Shown here: piece by piece, positions 13,301-28,030 of the stretch
How the letters are laid out: the number at the start of each line of letters is the position of its first letter
Numbering within the stretch: the first letter of the stretch is position 1
Assembly: GCF_001194135.2 (NCBI RefSeq)
Contig: NC_068981.1
Span: 54,825,913 to 54,889,912, forward strand
Source of the DNA: Octopus bimaculoides
Taxonomy: Eukaryota
Direction of reading: 5' to 3'
DNA: 64,000 nucleotides
Notes under the pieces: model-generated
Database searches by the model: none
What the model was told of the DNA's origin: nothing
Seen by the model: the letters and a program-made list of their open reading frames with translations, nothing else
Program-made: the position numbers and the translations under genes

Positions 13301-13964
13301 TAGAACTTAGGTGCAAAAGGCATGGCTATTGTGGTTAAGAAGTTTGCCTTTCAAATACATAGTTTCAGGTTCAGTCCTACTGCTCAAGAACTTGAGCAAA
13401 CAATCAAACAGTTAATTGGTTAAAAAGGTTAACTAATTGACCAATAAAAATAAAGAAATCCTGGTGCTTATTATTGACTTAATCACCCTCCTGAGATATC
13501 AACAAATACACACACATATATATATATGTATTAGTAAATTGTAATGCTTTGATGCCTCACTTATGTCGTATGTTAATCAAAGAATTGATATGTGTGTGTG
13601 TGTGTGTGTGTGTGTACAGCAATCTCCCACATTATAGGAGTGATGTGTTCTTGAGAAACTTGTAACCTGAAATTCTTTAACGTGAAATTAATTTTCCTAT
13701 TGACTTTTATGTTATAAAGTGATAATATGTTCTGATGGATATTTTCAGTACCAAAAAGAAAAAGGGGGAAAAAAGAAACTAAAATTACACAGTTCAGTTT
13801 GTGTACATAAAAGCATATGAAGAAAAATACATTAAGGAATAAATAAGAATCATAATACTGTAATAGGATATTTTCTTACTACAGAAGATGTTGACTTCTG
13901 TGTGAAAGATTGTGATGGAATGAGAGTTATTGGGAGGGTAAGAAACATGATCTTTTAACTTATA

Positions 13965-13995
<31 letters not shown>

Positions 13996-16219
13996 TGCTT
14001 GAGCGGTGAAGAACTTACTCTAAGTTGTTTGGTGCTAATGGTATATCATCTCTTTCTACAGCTCACTGTAGGAATGAAGTGTTTTGTAAATTCTTCATGT
14101 AATTTTTATGTTACATTCATGATTAGGATTGTTATCAACAAAAGCTTGCAGACCATCCCCTATAAGTGCCAACACTTTAACAACATTCTTTGCTGTCAGT
14201 TTAAGCAGAGCTGATGGAATTTCTGTATTCTCATCTTTCTCATGTTCTAACAGCATCAGCTCCTTGTTAGATAAACTTCCTCTATTGGATACTAGCAATT
14301 CAACTACTTCATCCTCTATGACTTCTTTAAGACCTTACATCATTTGCAAGTGTTGCAATATCTTTCTGCTTGTAGAAAACTTTTCAAGTCATGGATACAT
14401 TCTGGCCATGTATTTTTCCAAGCATCTTTCAAAAGCTGAGGTGTTTCACCTCATCCTATAACTCAACTATGTTTTTCCATAGCATTCATTATGTTGAACA
14501 TCTTCCAGAAGTCTCTTACTGTAGGTTCATCTTTCTTAATAACTGCTTTCATAAATTGTTTGAATGTTCTTCTCAGATTATATGCCTTGCACTTAACTAG
14601 AACACCTTGATCAATTGGCTGAACCAAGGAAGTTATATTCTTCAGGATATATTCTATTCTCACATTATCAAAAACCTCATTTAAGTGCATGGTGTGGCTT
14701 GATGCATTGTCTAAAAGAAGCAATACTTTGTTGGAAATATGTTTGACATTGTACCTTTCTACAACATGATGAAAAAATATTAGTCTTTGAAAAGATTCTT
14801 AATCATCTATGCCTTCTTATATGAATGCCAAATCAGAGGCAAATTAAACTTTGGGTAACCCTTGAAAGCTCTTAGATTTTCAGTGTGATATGAGCCAAGT
14901 CTCTAATTTCATATCACCATCTACAAATCATCATACAACCTTTAGGCATTTTTTTTTTAATTATCATAGTGTTAGTATATTGTGTTTAGTCTAGCTTGGT
15001 AGGGAGGGTGGTTTAGTCACTGATGACCCAACAATGTGACAGATTGTACTAGGTTGCATGTTATCAGCAACACTAGGAGTGACCCAACATACACATATGC
15101 ATACATGCACAGAAATAGAAGTATGAGAAATGAACATATCTTTTACTTGTTTCAGTCTTTGTACTGTGGCCATGCTGAGGCACCACCTTTGAAAGGTTTA
15201 GTTGAACAAATTGACCCTAGTACTTGTTTTTTTTTTAAAGTCTGGTTCTTATTCTATTGGTTTCTTTTGCCAGTCTGCTAAGTTACAGGGACATAAACAA
15301 AACCAACACCAGTTAAGTACAGGTGACACACACAAACACACACACAACTGGCTTCTATTAGTTTCCATCTACCAAATCCACACACAAGGCTTTGTTCAGC
15401 CCGAGGTTATAATAGAAAATATTTGCCTGAGATGTCCCTCAGTGGAACTGAACCTGGTACCATGTGGTTGGGAAGCAGACTTCTTACCACAGAGCCTTGC
15501 CTACTGAAATCAAAGTCTATAGATCTGAAAAAAAAAATGATTATATATGGTGAGAATCAAAACATTCATTTGCTAATGGGGCTAAATACATTTTTACCAA
15601 TTTTGTTGGATATTTTCCATTCAGTTTCAATGTTTTTGTAGAGTAATTTGAAAAGAACTCTAGAATAAATCAATTTGTTTAAATTCTATTATGATAGATG
15701 ATCAAACACCCAGCTTACAGAACAGTGATGCACACATGAAAAATATTTTGATGGAACCTTTGTCAGGAGAATAGTTCCCTATGAAATTTTTTCATTGCTT
15801 CTATTTAGATCTCTTAACATTGTTGTTTATTTTAGTAAAGTCAAACATAAAAGATTGGCAACGTAAGTTCAAAATCACTAGTGCTGGCAATATTTCCACT
15901 TATTAAAGAATATAGATGACAATTGAATTACTGCTTTATTTCACTTGATAATTGAGAGAAATTGAACAAATTGTTCTACCTACTCCTAGGTATACTTTAT
16001 AGTCCTTGTTTATACAGGGCTTACCCCTAATATCTACATTCTCCTCCTATACACAAATTTTTTATTTGTCCTTTGTCTTTGAATATGGTGATCAGCATTT
16101 TCTTTTTTAAAATTGAATAATTTATGCAACATTGCTTTAGTGTGGTATCTCTAATTTCTTTTGCCAATCTGCTAAATTATAGGGACATAAACAAACCAGC
16201 ACCAGTTGTTAAGTGCAGG

Positions 16220-16264
<45 letters not shown>

Positions 16265-19200
16265 NNNNNNNNNNATACATACACATACATACATACACAT
16301 ACATAAAAATACCTGCACAGGTATATACGGAGGAGTGAATGCGTCTGTGTGGAAGAGAATGAATTAGAGAGTCAAATACTACTACTACAAGTACTACAAC
16401 TATTTCTACTAGGCTACAAATGCTGCGGCTACTACAACTACTACTTCTACTACTACTAATACTACTACTNNNNNNNNNNGGACTGAACCTGGAACCATGT
16501 GGTTGGGAAGCAAACTTCTTATCACACAGTTATGCTGAGAATCATAAGTGTTGATGACTTCATGTTTTCAACCAGCATAACAAAGGTAGAAGATTCATCC
16601 AAAGTAGAGAAATTTCTTTCGAAGAGAAATTCCAAAATACATCATAACTCAGTTCATATGTTTCAACAAGTACTTTGCTTTTTCTGGTATAAGCATGAAG
16701 GATATGACAATATCCAGAGTCTGCATTGCAAATATACCAATCGTTTTTTTTATTTTGCTCCATGCACTTAACTTTGTGGACACATATTGGTGGAATTTTA
16801 GCCCATATACTTGTTTTCTTCAAGTACTTGTGTTATTCGATTGTGGTGTACCTCAGATGAAAATAATGCGTTAGGGATATACAATGATATCACCTCATCA
16901 GTAATTTAAATATTGTTGTTATTTTTATCTGTACTCCTCCGAGCCAGGTAATATTTTCCCAAAGCCTGATAAGTTTTCACAGAATATTGGAAATAAATGA
17001 TACTTTTTTTATGACACTGACAAACATTTTACAACTATTACGCAATGTCAAGAAAAGGAGACAAACATACTCACACACTCATACATTCTTTTAGGTATCA
17101 TCTGCTAAATCCACTCACAAGGCTTTGGTCAGGCTGGGGCTATAGTAGATGACACTTGCCCTTGGTGTCAGGCAGTTTGACTGAACCCGGAACCATGTAG
17201 TTGGGAAACAAACTTCTTACTACACAGCCACACCTGTGCCTTTACAGTTATATATATATATTAGATATTTAAAACAGACGTGGCTGTGTGGTTAAGAAGT
17301 TCACTTTGCAGCCAGGTTGTTTTGGGTTCAGTCTCACTGTGTGACACTGTAGGCAAGTGTTTACTGCAGCCCTGGGTTGACCAAAACCTTGTGATTGAAT
17401 TTGATAGATGAAAACTGTTTAGAAGCCTGTAGTGTGTGTCTATACATGTTTGTGTGTTTTCCTTGTGAATGTTTACATTCTGCACTTCACATGAAACAAG
17501 CACTGAGCTACAAATGGGGTTGCTTGTCAATTCCTTAACAAATCTTTTTCTAGCTCTCTGCTTTTGGAGAGTTGAATGAAAAATTCTGTATTTGTAAAAC
17601 AAATAAAAGTTAACAATAAGAAAGGCATCTAGCTCTATAACCATGCCTCTATAATATATAATTATTCAACCAATGCTACCATAGAAAAACATGTGTAAAA
17701 TGAATGACTGTGTGTATGCTATATTTTTGTCTATATATTAATGTGTATGTAATATATAGTAACTGATAATTGTTTAAAACTCTAGAATAAGTCTCATTAT
17801 GAAAAATATGCAAAGATGTACTATGTTATTATTCAGGATTTTATTATTTTTCAGGATGAAGAAAGTAAATCAAATGAGAATTTACTTGCTAATCTCCAGG
17901 AGAGGTTAATCCATACTGATCATGGTACTATGGTTTTAAGTTCGACTCTTACTCAAAATTCTCAAAAATCTAACAATACAGGTGAGATTTCATTTGGGTT
18001 TTATAATTCATTTGTTTTTGTGTCTTACACTTGTTCCATGAATTTGTGTAATGTGTAGCCTATATATGTAATCTCCAGGGAGGGTCTTAGGCAGATTGAT
18101 ATCAATAGGATTAATGACACAGCTATACTGTATTGCATATTTTATTTGATTAAGAAATATTTGATTAAACTGAAGTAACTCTAGTGAAATATTTGTTCTT
18201 ATTTTATTGATGTATTGGGATGAAAGGCTGTGGAATTTGAATATTTGGCTGAAAAAGTATAAATGAAACACTTAAACATTTAATTGGCTACTCTGATTTG
18301 TTACTCTCTCTATTTCACTGCCTACTGTTATAATGTTCCTTTAACATCCAAATGACTTCTCTATGGCTGAGACCATGAATCCTTCTAGAGTAAGATATCA
18401 AAATAACAATTTCTTAATTTAGCTGGTGAGTTGTTTATTATACTTTTAATGGTTGTGGGGATACATTATATATGAGCAAGTTTTCAAATATGAACAGCTG
18501 TTTTCGATTTGGAGTTATACTGCTTTGCTAAAGAAATTAAACACACATAATTTATATTTTTTTAGATTTTCAAATTCCCAAAAGTACATCTCTTTAGCTA
18601 GAGTACAAGTAATCTGAGTTTAAATTGTTTTCAAATGAGTTTCAGGTTAAATTTTAAAGAAATCTGATGTAAATATATTAATCTATTGCATGACATTTGT
18701 AATAAAAGAATTTATTTGATGGTTCCTTATAGAAAATATGTTATTTGTCTTAAGAAAGGAATCTAATTGACAGAATAATATTTCAGTTGATAAAAAGGCT
18801 CTCATGTTATGGTATGGATTGAATCATTACAAAACCAATTAATGGTAATACCATATTTGCTCCTGTATAATGTGAGAAATTTAATATATCAGTGTCAAGA
18901 ATGGGATGTGGTTAGCATTATATTTGAATGTAAAAAAAAAGGATAAAAATATGATAGAATAAATTACTGATTTTTAATTTTAAAAAATAGTGTTGTATTT
19001 GAGATACATTGTATTTTGAGATACATTGTATTTGAGATACATTGTATTTAAGTAAATATGTTATTCTATATAAATATCATTAAATAGGTATTTCATATAT
19101 TATGATACTCAAAACAGACATGTTTCTTATAGCATATCCATTTTCAGTATAGTGGTTGTGTATTTGTGTTGTAGGAGACTATGTTGTGTTTCCTTTACAT

Positions 19201-22200
19201 AATATTTTCATGGTCTGTGTTCATGGAAGGCAATGAACGTCTGGTATAAGATGTCTAGGTTGTGTGGAATGATGTCTCTGTGTGGGAAATTAGGAAAACG
19301 TAAGTGATGGTAGCATCATCTGCAAAATATTGTGTGATTAGAAATAACAAGTAGATTATAAATGTACAGAAGAGCAAGGGTGACATAACCAAACTGTAGA
19401 GTACACCTAAATTGATAGGAAACCCTGTTAGTACAATCTGCAGTAGCATGGTCAGACAGGAAATTTCCAATCCAAGTGATGAAAATGAGATGGAGCCTAT
19501 AGTTGGGCAACATAGGAAGTCCTCATCCCACATGCTGTTTGAAAGTCATAAGGGCAAGAGACAACTAGTTATTTCCATTAGATCTAGCTTTATGGAAATC
19601 ATGCTGGTGGTTACTGAGAAAGAAGAATGACTGAAGACAATAGGCTGGCTGACTAGCTGGTATTTTGTTTCAGTCAAAGAGATTTTTTTTCGCTTCTTGG
19701 TGATAGGACATACCGAGTCGCCATAGACTGGAGTAGAATCTTGCAGAGAGGAATGATCAATAAGGTTAACAACGATAGGCTAGTTCTGGGTTGCAGTGTT
19801 TAAGCGCCACTGTCAAGATTGGTTGCCTCATTGAATTGGAATGATCAGAAAAATATTCACATTCAGTAACTGTGCACAGATAGTGATAAGACTGAATGAA
19901 GAAGGAAGGGTTGGAACGAGTGTTGTTGTTAGTGCAGGTTGAATATGTAAAGTTAACAGAAACTCTTTTAAAAGGTACCAAAAAGTATTTTTGACTTTCT
20001 TTATACTTCTTATCCATGTTGTGGTGGATAAACAACATGTAGTTGATAATGTCTGGCATCCTTCATATGTAAGTAATATTCTTTGCCTATATCTGTTGCA
20101 ATACAGCTGAAAATGAACCTCTTGAAGGTTTTGGTTATAGCCATCAGGATGGATCCAGTCAGTCACTTGGTTGCTTCAGATTCAGAGTGAAAAACATTTG
20201 CAATCAAAGGAAGTAGTAGTATTTTTACTAATCAAGTGTACTAGTTAATTGACTTGAAGTAGCAAGAGTTGTCATAATGAAACAATATATAAAGCATGTT
20301 GCCTTGATTAGGCAGAAACCAGATGATACGCTGAGTTATACAGAAGAGACAGTTGTCCAACAGATTGAGTTTTATGTTCATGCAAATCCTTTTTACCTTT
20401 CTCAACTCATCTTAGTTAGCTAACATCTGCTACCACTTTTACTTCACAATCAGCTGATTGCCATTACAAATTTCATCTACCTGTATAGTATTCCTGTAAA
20501 TCACACAAATAACTTAATCTCAGAACTGTTCTACTTTGCTAAGCACATCATATTGAACTAATTAAAGAGTAGGTTGGATGAAGTCAGTTTAACTTGAGGT
20601 GATCAGCAATAACTTTGCTGTAAATTTTGAACAGTTCATTCTGTAAGGTGGTTGGTAAATGAGCAGGGACATCATAGGATAGAGAGGGCCTTACAGTGTT
20701 GTCAAAGATGACAACCTCTCTAGTGTTGGTATTATGATATATTTCACTCAGTACACCCTGGTTGCTGTTAGGTACAGTATACTGCTATAGAAACCATGCC
20801 AATTTAAATGTATTAGTGTGATATGGTCCTCTCAACCATCCCAGGTGTGCAGTAATTTTGAATAAGTCCTGATTCTGGTTGTGATGACATATCTAACCCA
20901 TGCCAGCATGGAGAACAGATGTGAAACGTTGATGTTGATTATAATTTCTTGTTTCTAAAATAGTAATTTTAGCATTATAATATTCTTTTAAAATGGGCCT
21001 TGTGCCTAGAGTAGAGAAGAATATTCTTTTAAAATGTAAATTAAAAATAATAATAATAAAATAAACACTTTAGTGGGTTAATCCCATCAAAAGATAAAAC
21101 CTGTCAGATCTGTTTGCATCCACTTCACTTTGGTATGGTTCTGGATTTAAAGAACCTTCAGTTATCTTTCTTTCTCTAAAATAATTCTAAGTGTCTTATC
21201 CATGAGGTTGACTAAATTGTTCTAACTACTTAAGAAAGTTCATAAAGCTCTCCAAAGACAAATAGTTGTACTTTTCATGACATTGGCCTTTTCACTAAGT
21301 TTAACTTGATTTATTTCTTTAATGGCATCTCTGCCTTCTAATTAATGACAATGAAAAGGTCAGCAAAGTTGATAAAAGTCAATGATCTTAGTTTTCAAAA
21401 TAATTCTGTTTTAGCAAACAGCATTAGAAGCCTAAAGAGTATTTAATCACATGTCATACCCATCTTGTTGCAGTCTATTACTCTAGCTTCATGCTTCTAA
21501 ACTAACCAAACAGTAAACATTATTTCAAAGTTGTTTGGATATAATTTATATAAAATTTTAAAATAATTGTGTGGTTATTCTGCCATTTAAAAATGTATTA
21601 TTATAACATAGATATTAAGTGTAAATAACATTTACATAGAGGCTTGAGAAATATGAAGCATAGGTCATAGATATGTGATAAATACCATATATATTCATAA
21701 ACAAGGCGTAGTTGTAGGTAAGTTGCACCAGCCCTCCACTTTGGGCTTATATTAGTTTCAGCTTCTGAATCATAAATAAGGTGCATATTGTTTTTTATGA
21801 ATGCTGACTGCAAATTTCCTTTTTATATTTAAATAAGTAAATAAATAAATAATAATAATAATAATAAAACTGTTCAAGGAGTAATCCCTATCATTGCTAA
21901 TACAGTCCTGTAAAATCCCATGACTATAGATATCTCAACCATGTTTTTCTATTATCTGTGTCTAGAACAGATTAACCAGTGTTTTTAAATAATCACACCT
22001 GGTTCACTGACATTATATATGCAGCATCTGATGGACTTTAAGATTACGGCTGGCCAGTAGAGAACTGTGCATTATTTACATTTGACGGATATTTGTCCTC
22101 ATCTTGTTTGTTGTTAACACAATGTTTCAGCTGATATACCCTCCAGCCTTCGTCAGGTGTCTTGGGGAAATTTCAAACCTGGGTTCTCATTGCTAAGGTA

Positions 22201-23914
22201 TTTTTTGATGCTATTCTTCTTCTTCTTATTATTATTATTCAGGTCACTGCCTGGAATCGAACTCGGAATCTTGGGTTTAGTAGCCTGTGCTCTTAACCAC
22301 TACACCATATGCCCATGGGCAAAGGACTTATAAATCTAATATTCTCCTATCCTTCCTTAATACCGGTTCCCATATGCAGTTCATATCTGCGCTCAGTCTG
22401 CTTAGGAAGTTGTTGTGTCCTAGCATATGTGCTGCTTCTCTTAGTTTCCATATTTTCCAGTGGTGTTCTCTGTCTATTATTTTAACTTCATCCCACAGGG
22501 GAAGGTGGTGTCCATTTTTCCATACATGATCAGCTATACTTGATTTATCAATATCTCCCTGTGTCACAACTTTGCGATGATCCTCTACCCTTATTTTGAA
22601 GAGGCAGCACATTTCACTTTTGTATAACCTACCACAGCTGCATGGGATGGAGTACACGCAGTTCTTAGTCATATTCTCTTCTATTGGTGGTTTTACTCAA
22701 AGGAGATATTTGCAATGTGTTGTATTACTTTTGAATACTGTCCTTGTAAAGTGAGGTATAACTGTAATATATAAAAAATGTGTATTTCAGTATGAATGTA
22801 TGCTTATTTTTTTCTTCTTCATTTTAGCTTAATTATCTTTGTCCTTTTCTCTCTGGGTTTCTGATAAGTTGCTTATTTCCTCATTTCTCAGCTGCCAATC
22901 TTATTTCAGATCTGAGTACTCTTGCTAGTGTAGTTACCACATTGGCTGCTATGGGAAAAAATGGTGCCCAAGAATCAACAGATCCAAATAGTAGTTCTGG
23001 GACATCTACTGCTGCTAGTAGCAGCAGTAATAGTAATGGACATGTTTCATCTCCAGGAGAAAGTGCTGATTCTGTAGTTAAAGCCTTTGACACACTTGCC
23101 CGAGCAGTGCACCATCCACAATCACAAAGCCAAGAAACTCAGACAGGCTTGTCACAGGTGAGTGTTATCTGTTACTTGGTTATATATTCTCTGCGATAAA
23201 TGTATAAATGCTATGAACACTGCCAATATTAAGAAAGAATCTTGTAACTCCTTGTTCATTTTTCATTAAGACTCAATGACCAATCTCATTCTGTTGTCCC
23301 CCTTTTCATTTTGGAAACTTCATAGGTACAGGCATGGTTGTATTGTTGTGTAGCTTGTTTCCCAACCATGTGGTTTTGTATTCAATCTTATTGCCCCAGG
23401 CCAAACCAAAGCCTTACGAGTGGACTAGGTAGATAGAAACTGAAAGAAGTCTGTTGTGTATGAGTATATGTTTGTGTGTGTGCTGAAAAGTTCCTGGCTT
23501 TCGGTAAAAGAAAATACAGGAGGATCAGTAAATTATGATTTGATTTAAAATATTCCCCTCTCAGATTCACACACTTATTGCAGTGTTCCTTCAATTTTTC
23601 TAAGCCTTGTAAAAAAACTCATAAGGATAGGCTTCCACAACCAGGCTTTTCACTATACTCTTAAAGCCAGGAATTTTTCATCATCTCCTTGTGTGTGTGT
23701 ATGTGTGTGTGTTTATCCCTTCTTATAAATGAACATTATTGCCATACAAGTAATGTTGTTCATTTCCTATCTTCCATGAAAAACATGTCTGATTACAGTA
23801 GAATAATATTTTGCTTGGAAACAGGTAAGTTTGGTAACAGGAAGTGCATCCAGTTATAGAAAACCTGCCTGATCCATACAAGCCTGAGAAAGTAGACATA
23901 AAATGATGATAATG

Positions 23915-23947
<33 letters not shown>

Positions 23948-24529
23948 TGCTGTGTAGATACAGAATTTGCTTTGTTATGTGTTTGAGTTCTCACTGTACA
24001 ACCGCTTAGGTAAGTGTCCTTTACTGTAGCTTTGGCTCGACCAATGCCTTGTGACTGGCATTTGTAGAGAGAAACAAAGCATTGAGCTAAAAGTAAAAAC
24101 AAAATTGGTAAGGTTTACTGATATTCCTTGATATCAAATCATCCTGTATCACTGCACTTTCAAAGGTGAGCGGAATAAAAAATCCAGAAGAGTTAGCAAC
24201 AGAAAGAACATCTGGATTATAAAACGATACCTCAATAACTATTTATTCAACCCATGCTAGCATATAGAATGGATGTAAAATGAACAAACAACATTGAGAT
24301 GTTCTTTTCATTGTTGTTTTAACGTCCACTTTTCTATGCTTGTATGGGTTAGATAGAATTAATTGAGAATGTCCTTTCTTATCATCAGCCTTCATCTGTT
24401 TTCAAGCAAGATGAATATTTCCTAATAGCCAGACATATTTTCATGGGAGATTGGAAACAAAAGTCACTGATTACATGACAGAGTTATCATGCAATGTCAA
24501 GGCAAAGAGAGAATAACACACACATACAG

Positions 24530-24570
<41 letters not shown>

Positions 24571-27500
24571 CTAGCTTCTTTCAGTTTCCATCTATCATAT
24601 GTACTCTCAAAGCTATAGTAGTGACACTTGCCCAAGTTGTCACACAATGGGACTGAACCTGAAGCCATGTGGTTATGATGCAAACTTCTAATCTTCTAAT
24701 CCATGCAACCATGTCTTTGAAATAACTTTAATTTTGCCTAAACTGAGAAATTGGGAAATCCTGCTTTAGGTTTTGTGTTTTCTTTTTTGATACACTTGTC
24801 ATCCTCATTTAATGTCTGTTTTCCATTCTGACATGTGCTGTACAGTTCAACAGAAGATGGTAAGCTGGAGAACTACACCAGACTCCAGTTGTCTGTTTTG
24901 GCATAGTTTCTATAGCTGGACACACTTCCTAATGCCAACCACTTTACAGAGTGTACTGGGTGCTTTTTTACGTGGCACCAGCACAAGTGTTTTTTACATG
25001 GCACCAGTATTGGTGCTTTTGATTTGGGACCAGCATGGTTGCCAAGTGGCTTGCAAGACTACGAACTCTCCACTGAGAGAGGGAAATGAAGGAAGTGACT
25101 GTGAGGCTGGTAAGAGGTTAGAGTATAATAGAAGGACAGAGATAATTGCCTTACTATAGAGGGGATACTTGGCTACCCTAGAAAAGAAAGGAGAGATCTG
25201 GTGAAGGATAGAAACAATCAGAGTGAGAGACAGGAAAATAGATGGTGCTGGAGATGTATTTGGGCTTATCTAGAGTGAAGTGGGGTGTAAGTAGTATAGA
25301 GGTGAAAGAGGGGGATGTTCCATAAGAGTGTGAGGGGAGATGTTTAGAGATAGGGAAGCAATGGCTGTAGTGAGTGATGGTGAGAGAAAATAGAGTGGGT
25401 GAAGGGAGGGGTAATGTAGGTATGTTAGAGAATGGAGAGAGTGCAGATGAGCATGAGGGAGAGCAGAAGGGCTTGCAGTGGGTAGTGATCATGGGTAGAG
25501 GAATGGGGGAATGTTGGGAAGATGGGTTGTAGGGGTGTTTTGACAGCAGGCAGATTGTGTGTGTGTGTGTGAGTGAGTTGGGGGTATGATCATAAAGGAC
25601 ATGCCTGTATGTATGACCATGATTTTACTTAGCTCCCTGTGTCTTCTCAAGTACAGCAAATTACTAGAGATCTCAGTCCCTAGTCATCTCTGTGAAGCTC
25701 AACATCTGAAAATCCTTTCTTACCATTTCGCCCCATGTCTTCCTGGGTCTACCCTTTCCACAGGTTTCCTCCATAATTAGAGATCAGCACTTCTTTATGC
25801 GGCTGTCCTCATCAGAAATGGTAAGATTGATCATAGTTTCTTTGGCATGTTGATAAAGTTAAAAGAGATAACTGGATAATGGGGATTAAGTGTTGGAGAT
25901 TAGTAAATGATATTGGTTAATGAGCTAAATGTTCAATTGGAACTATTGAATAGCTCAATTAATTGGATACAATATGGTTCTAGTGAGGAAGATTGGGAAG
26001 ATGTTTAGTGCAGAATGTAAGGGCGGCTAATTAGTAAACTTTTAATTCATTACCATAACTTAGATACTAATATGATGTAGGATGAGTACTATTTTTTTTT
26101 TTCATTTTTCAGTACTGCATTTTTGTGACAAATAGTGTTGTTGGTTACAGGTATTTAGTGGGCCAGCCACTGGTTCACTGCATTTCTAACATTGAAAATG
26201 ACAAGGAAGTATTTGTAACTCAGTGTAGAACAAGTATCACTAGTGGCTTCATTGAAGAAGCTCTTGTTTTTCAGTTTCTCAATGTTTATGCTATTTGCTG
26301 ACAAACATCAGGGAATGAAACACACACACACACACAACAAGTTTCTACATAGTTTCCATCAACGAAATTTCTCTCAAAAGACATTAGTCAACCTGAGCCA
26401 TAAGAGAGGACACTTGCTCATGGTAGTCCACATCATCTATATGAGCAAACATCAGAAGAAAATTGGTTCTTATATCATCTACAGGACCCAGTATTCCCCT
26501 TCAGTTTCTTTCTTTACTCTGGCATTCATTAGTATCTACTTTGCATGTTTTCTTTTTTTACTTCATTCTCTTTTATACTATTTATACATTATATTTACAT
26601 CTATAAGTAAATTTTATATAGCTCAAATTTATGACTTCTTTCATGTACTACCTAAGCTTCTTGCTAAGCGTATAAGCTTTCTTTGTAAAGTTTCTATCGT
26701 TTAAATGTTTTATAGGACAGATTTTGTCAGTTTTCCATTGTCTTATTTATAACAATACTAAACCCGAAGCACTCATTGTGCTTTGAACTTCATAGTCTCT
26801 ACAACAAACTCAAGGAAACAGCAATCATTTCCAAATAATATTTTGTCCATTATAAAGAATATACACATAAATTTACTTACCCGATACACATCATATCCAT
26901 AACCCATCTCCTTTATAAAACTGCAGTATAAATATAAAAGAATTGCCTAAATGTGCACTTAATAACTGCTCTTTGTTTGATACATACAAAATATGGTCTC
27001 TCCCTCTCTTAAACAACTCTAACTGAAATCTACCACATCGAAATTAATGCAACCTCAAATATTTCTCTTGATTGTAGTTCCTGGGAGAGAAGACTTTATT
27101 TTACTATCTCACCTTACCTTAACTTGTTTCTAATGCATGAAAGTAGGCATCCATAATAAACTCAACAAAGTAATGATTTGCATATTACCCATAGGGTACT
27201 GAGCAACAAACTGAGAAATCAGTTTCATACTCTGTCACTAGTGTCCATGGCATCACAACAACCCAATCAGTCTAATTGTAAGCAAGTACTTTAGAGTAGT
27301 ATAATTTGCAAATCTATGCAGTGGTAACACTAAAAATAACGAAGGATTTGTTGGTATGCAGTGCTAAATACCATTTTTATCCAGAGGTAAAGTAACCAGT
27401 ACTAGTGTCCTACCTAGGGAAGATTTATTTCCCTTCTGTTCAATACAATAATAATGAGCACTCAGAGAGCACAAACCTCTGTCAAGGCAACACCAACATC

Positions 27501-27976
27501 TGCTCAACAATTAGCCAGAGATGATTTTTAAAATGAGAATATCTGAAATAAACTTGGCTGCTCTCACAAACTAAAAATGAATCCGACCGCAGTCAAATGT
27601 AAGTGTGACTTATCCAGCAGGGCCAACTCCTAATCTTCCAACCTCTGTTGAAGTTGTTGTTATGTAAACCCAGTTCACTCTGAAAAGATCTAGATAGAGT
27701 GAAATCTGAAGGTGGTTTAACTGTTATTTCTATTATGCCACGTCACCATATAGAGTGTCCTTTGTTGGTTTCTCTCTGTATGGCTTACTAGTGTGATGCA
27801 ACAATAACAGCACTTTATCTTGTTCATGTATTTTAAGTTTGAACCTATTAAATATTCCTACAGTTGATAACCCATACATAATACCAAGCAAATTGTTATA
27901 CATGACACATCCAGAATTCATTAGTTGACAAGGTTTAAGGCCTTCATTTAAAATCATTTTAAAAAAATCAGACTCA

Positions 27977-28030
<54 letters not shown>

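Larger units (their letters stand above)
22060..22755 (-). mobile_element. Penelope-like element 3' end: GIY-YIG endonuclease (22672-22328) plus terminal-repeat region
   Basis: RTVFKSNTT linker, then VYSIPCSCGRLYKSE...R..DH...IADHVW..GH...WDEVKIIDRE.HW....LREA: the Penelope GIY-YIG pattern with the CxC insert. A hammerhead-like motif follows. Confidence 0.85.

Noticed and set aside
20286-20362. TATATAAA followed by CAGATGA...GAGACAGTTGTC, resembling a hammerhead with an ACAGCTGT stem III
   Set aside because: Both core segments are mutated and stem I is missing, so it is indistinguishable from chance without a family consensus.
22243-22320. tRNA gene (also about 44105-44182)
   Set aside because: A and B boxes are present but the acceptor stem cannot pair. 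These are tRNA-derived heads of mobile elements.
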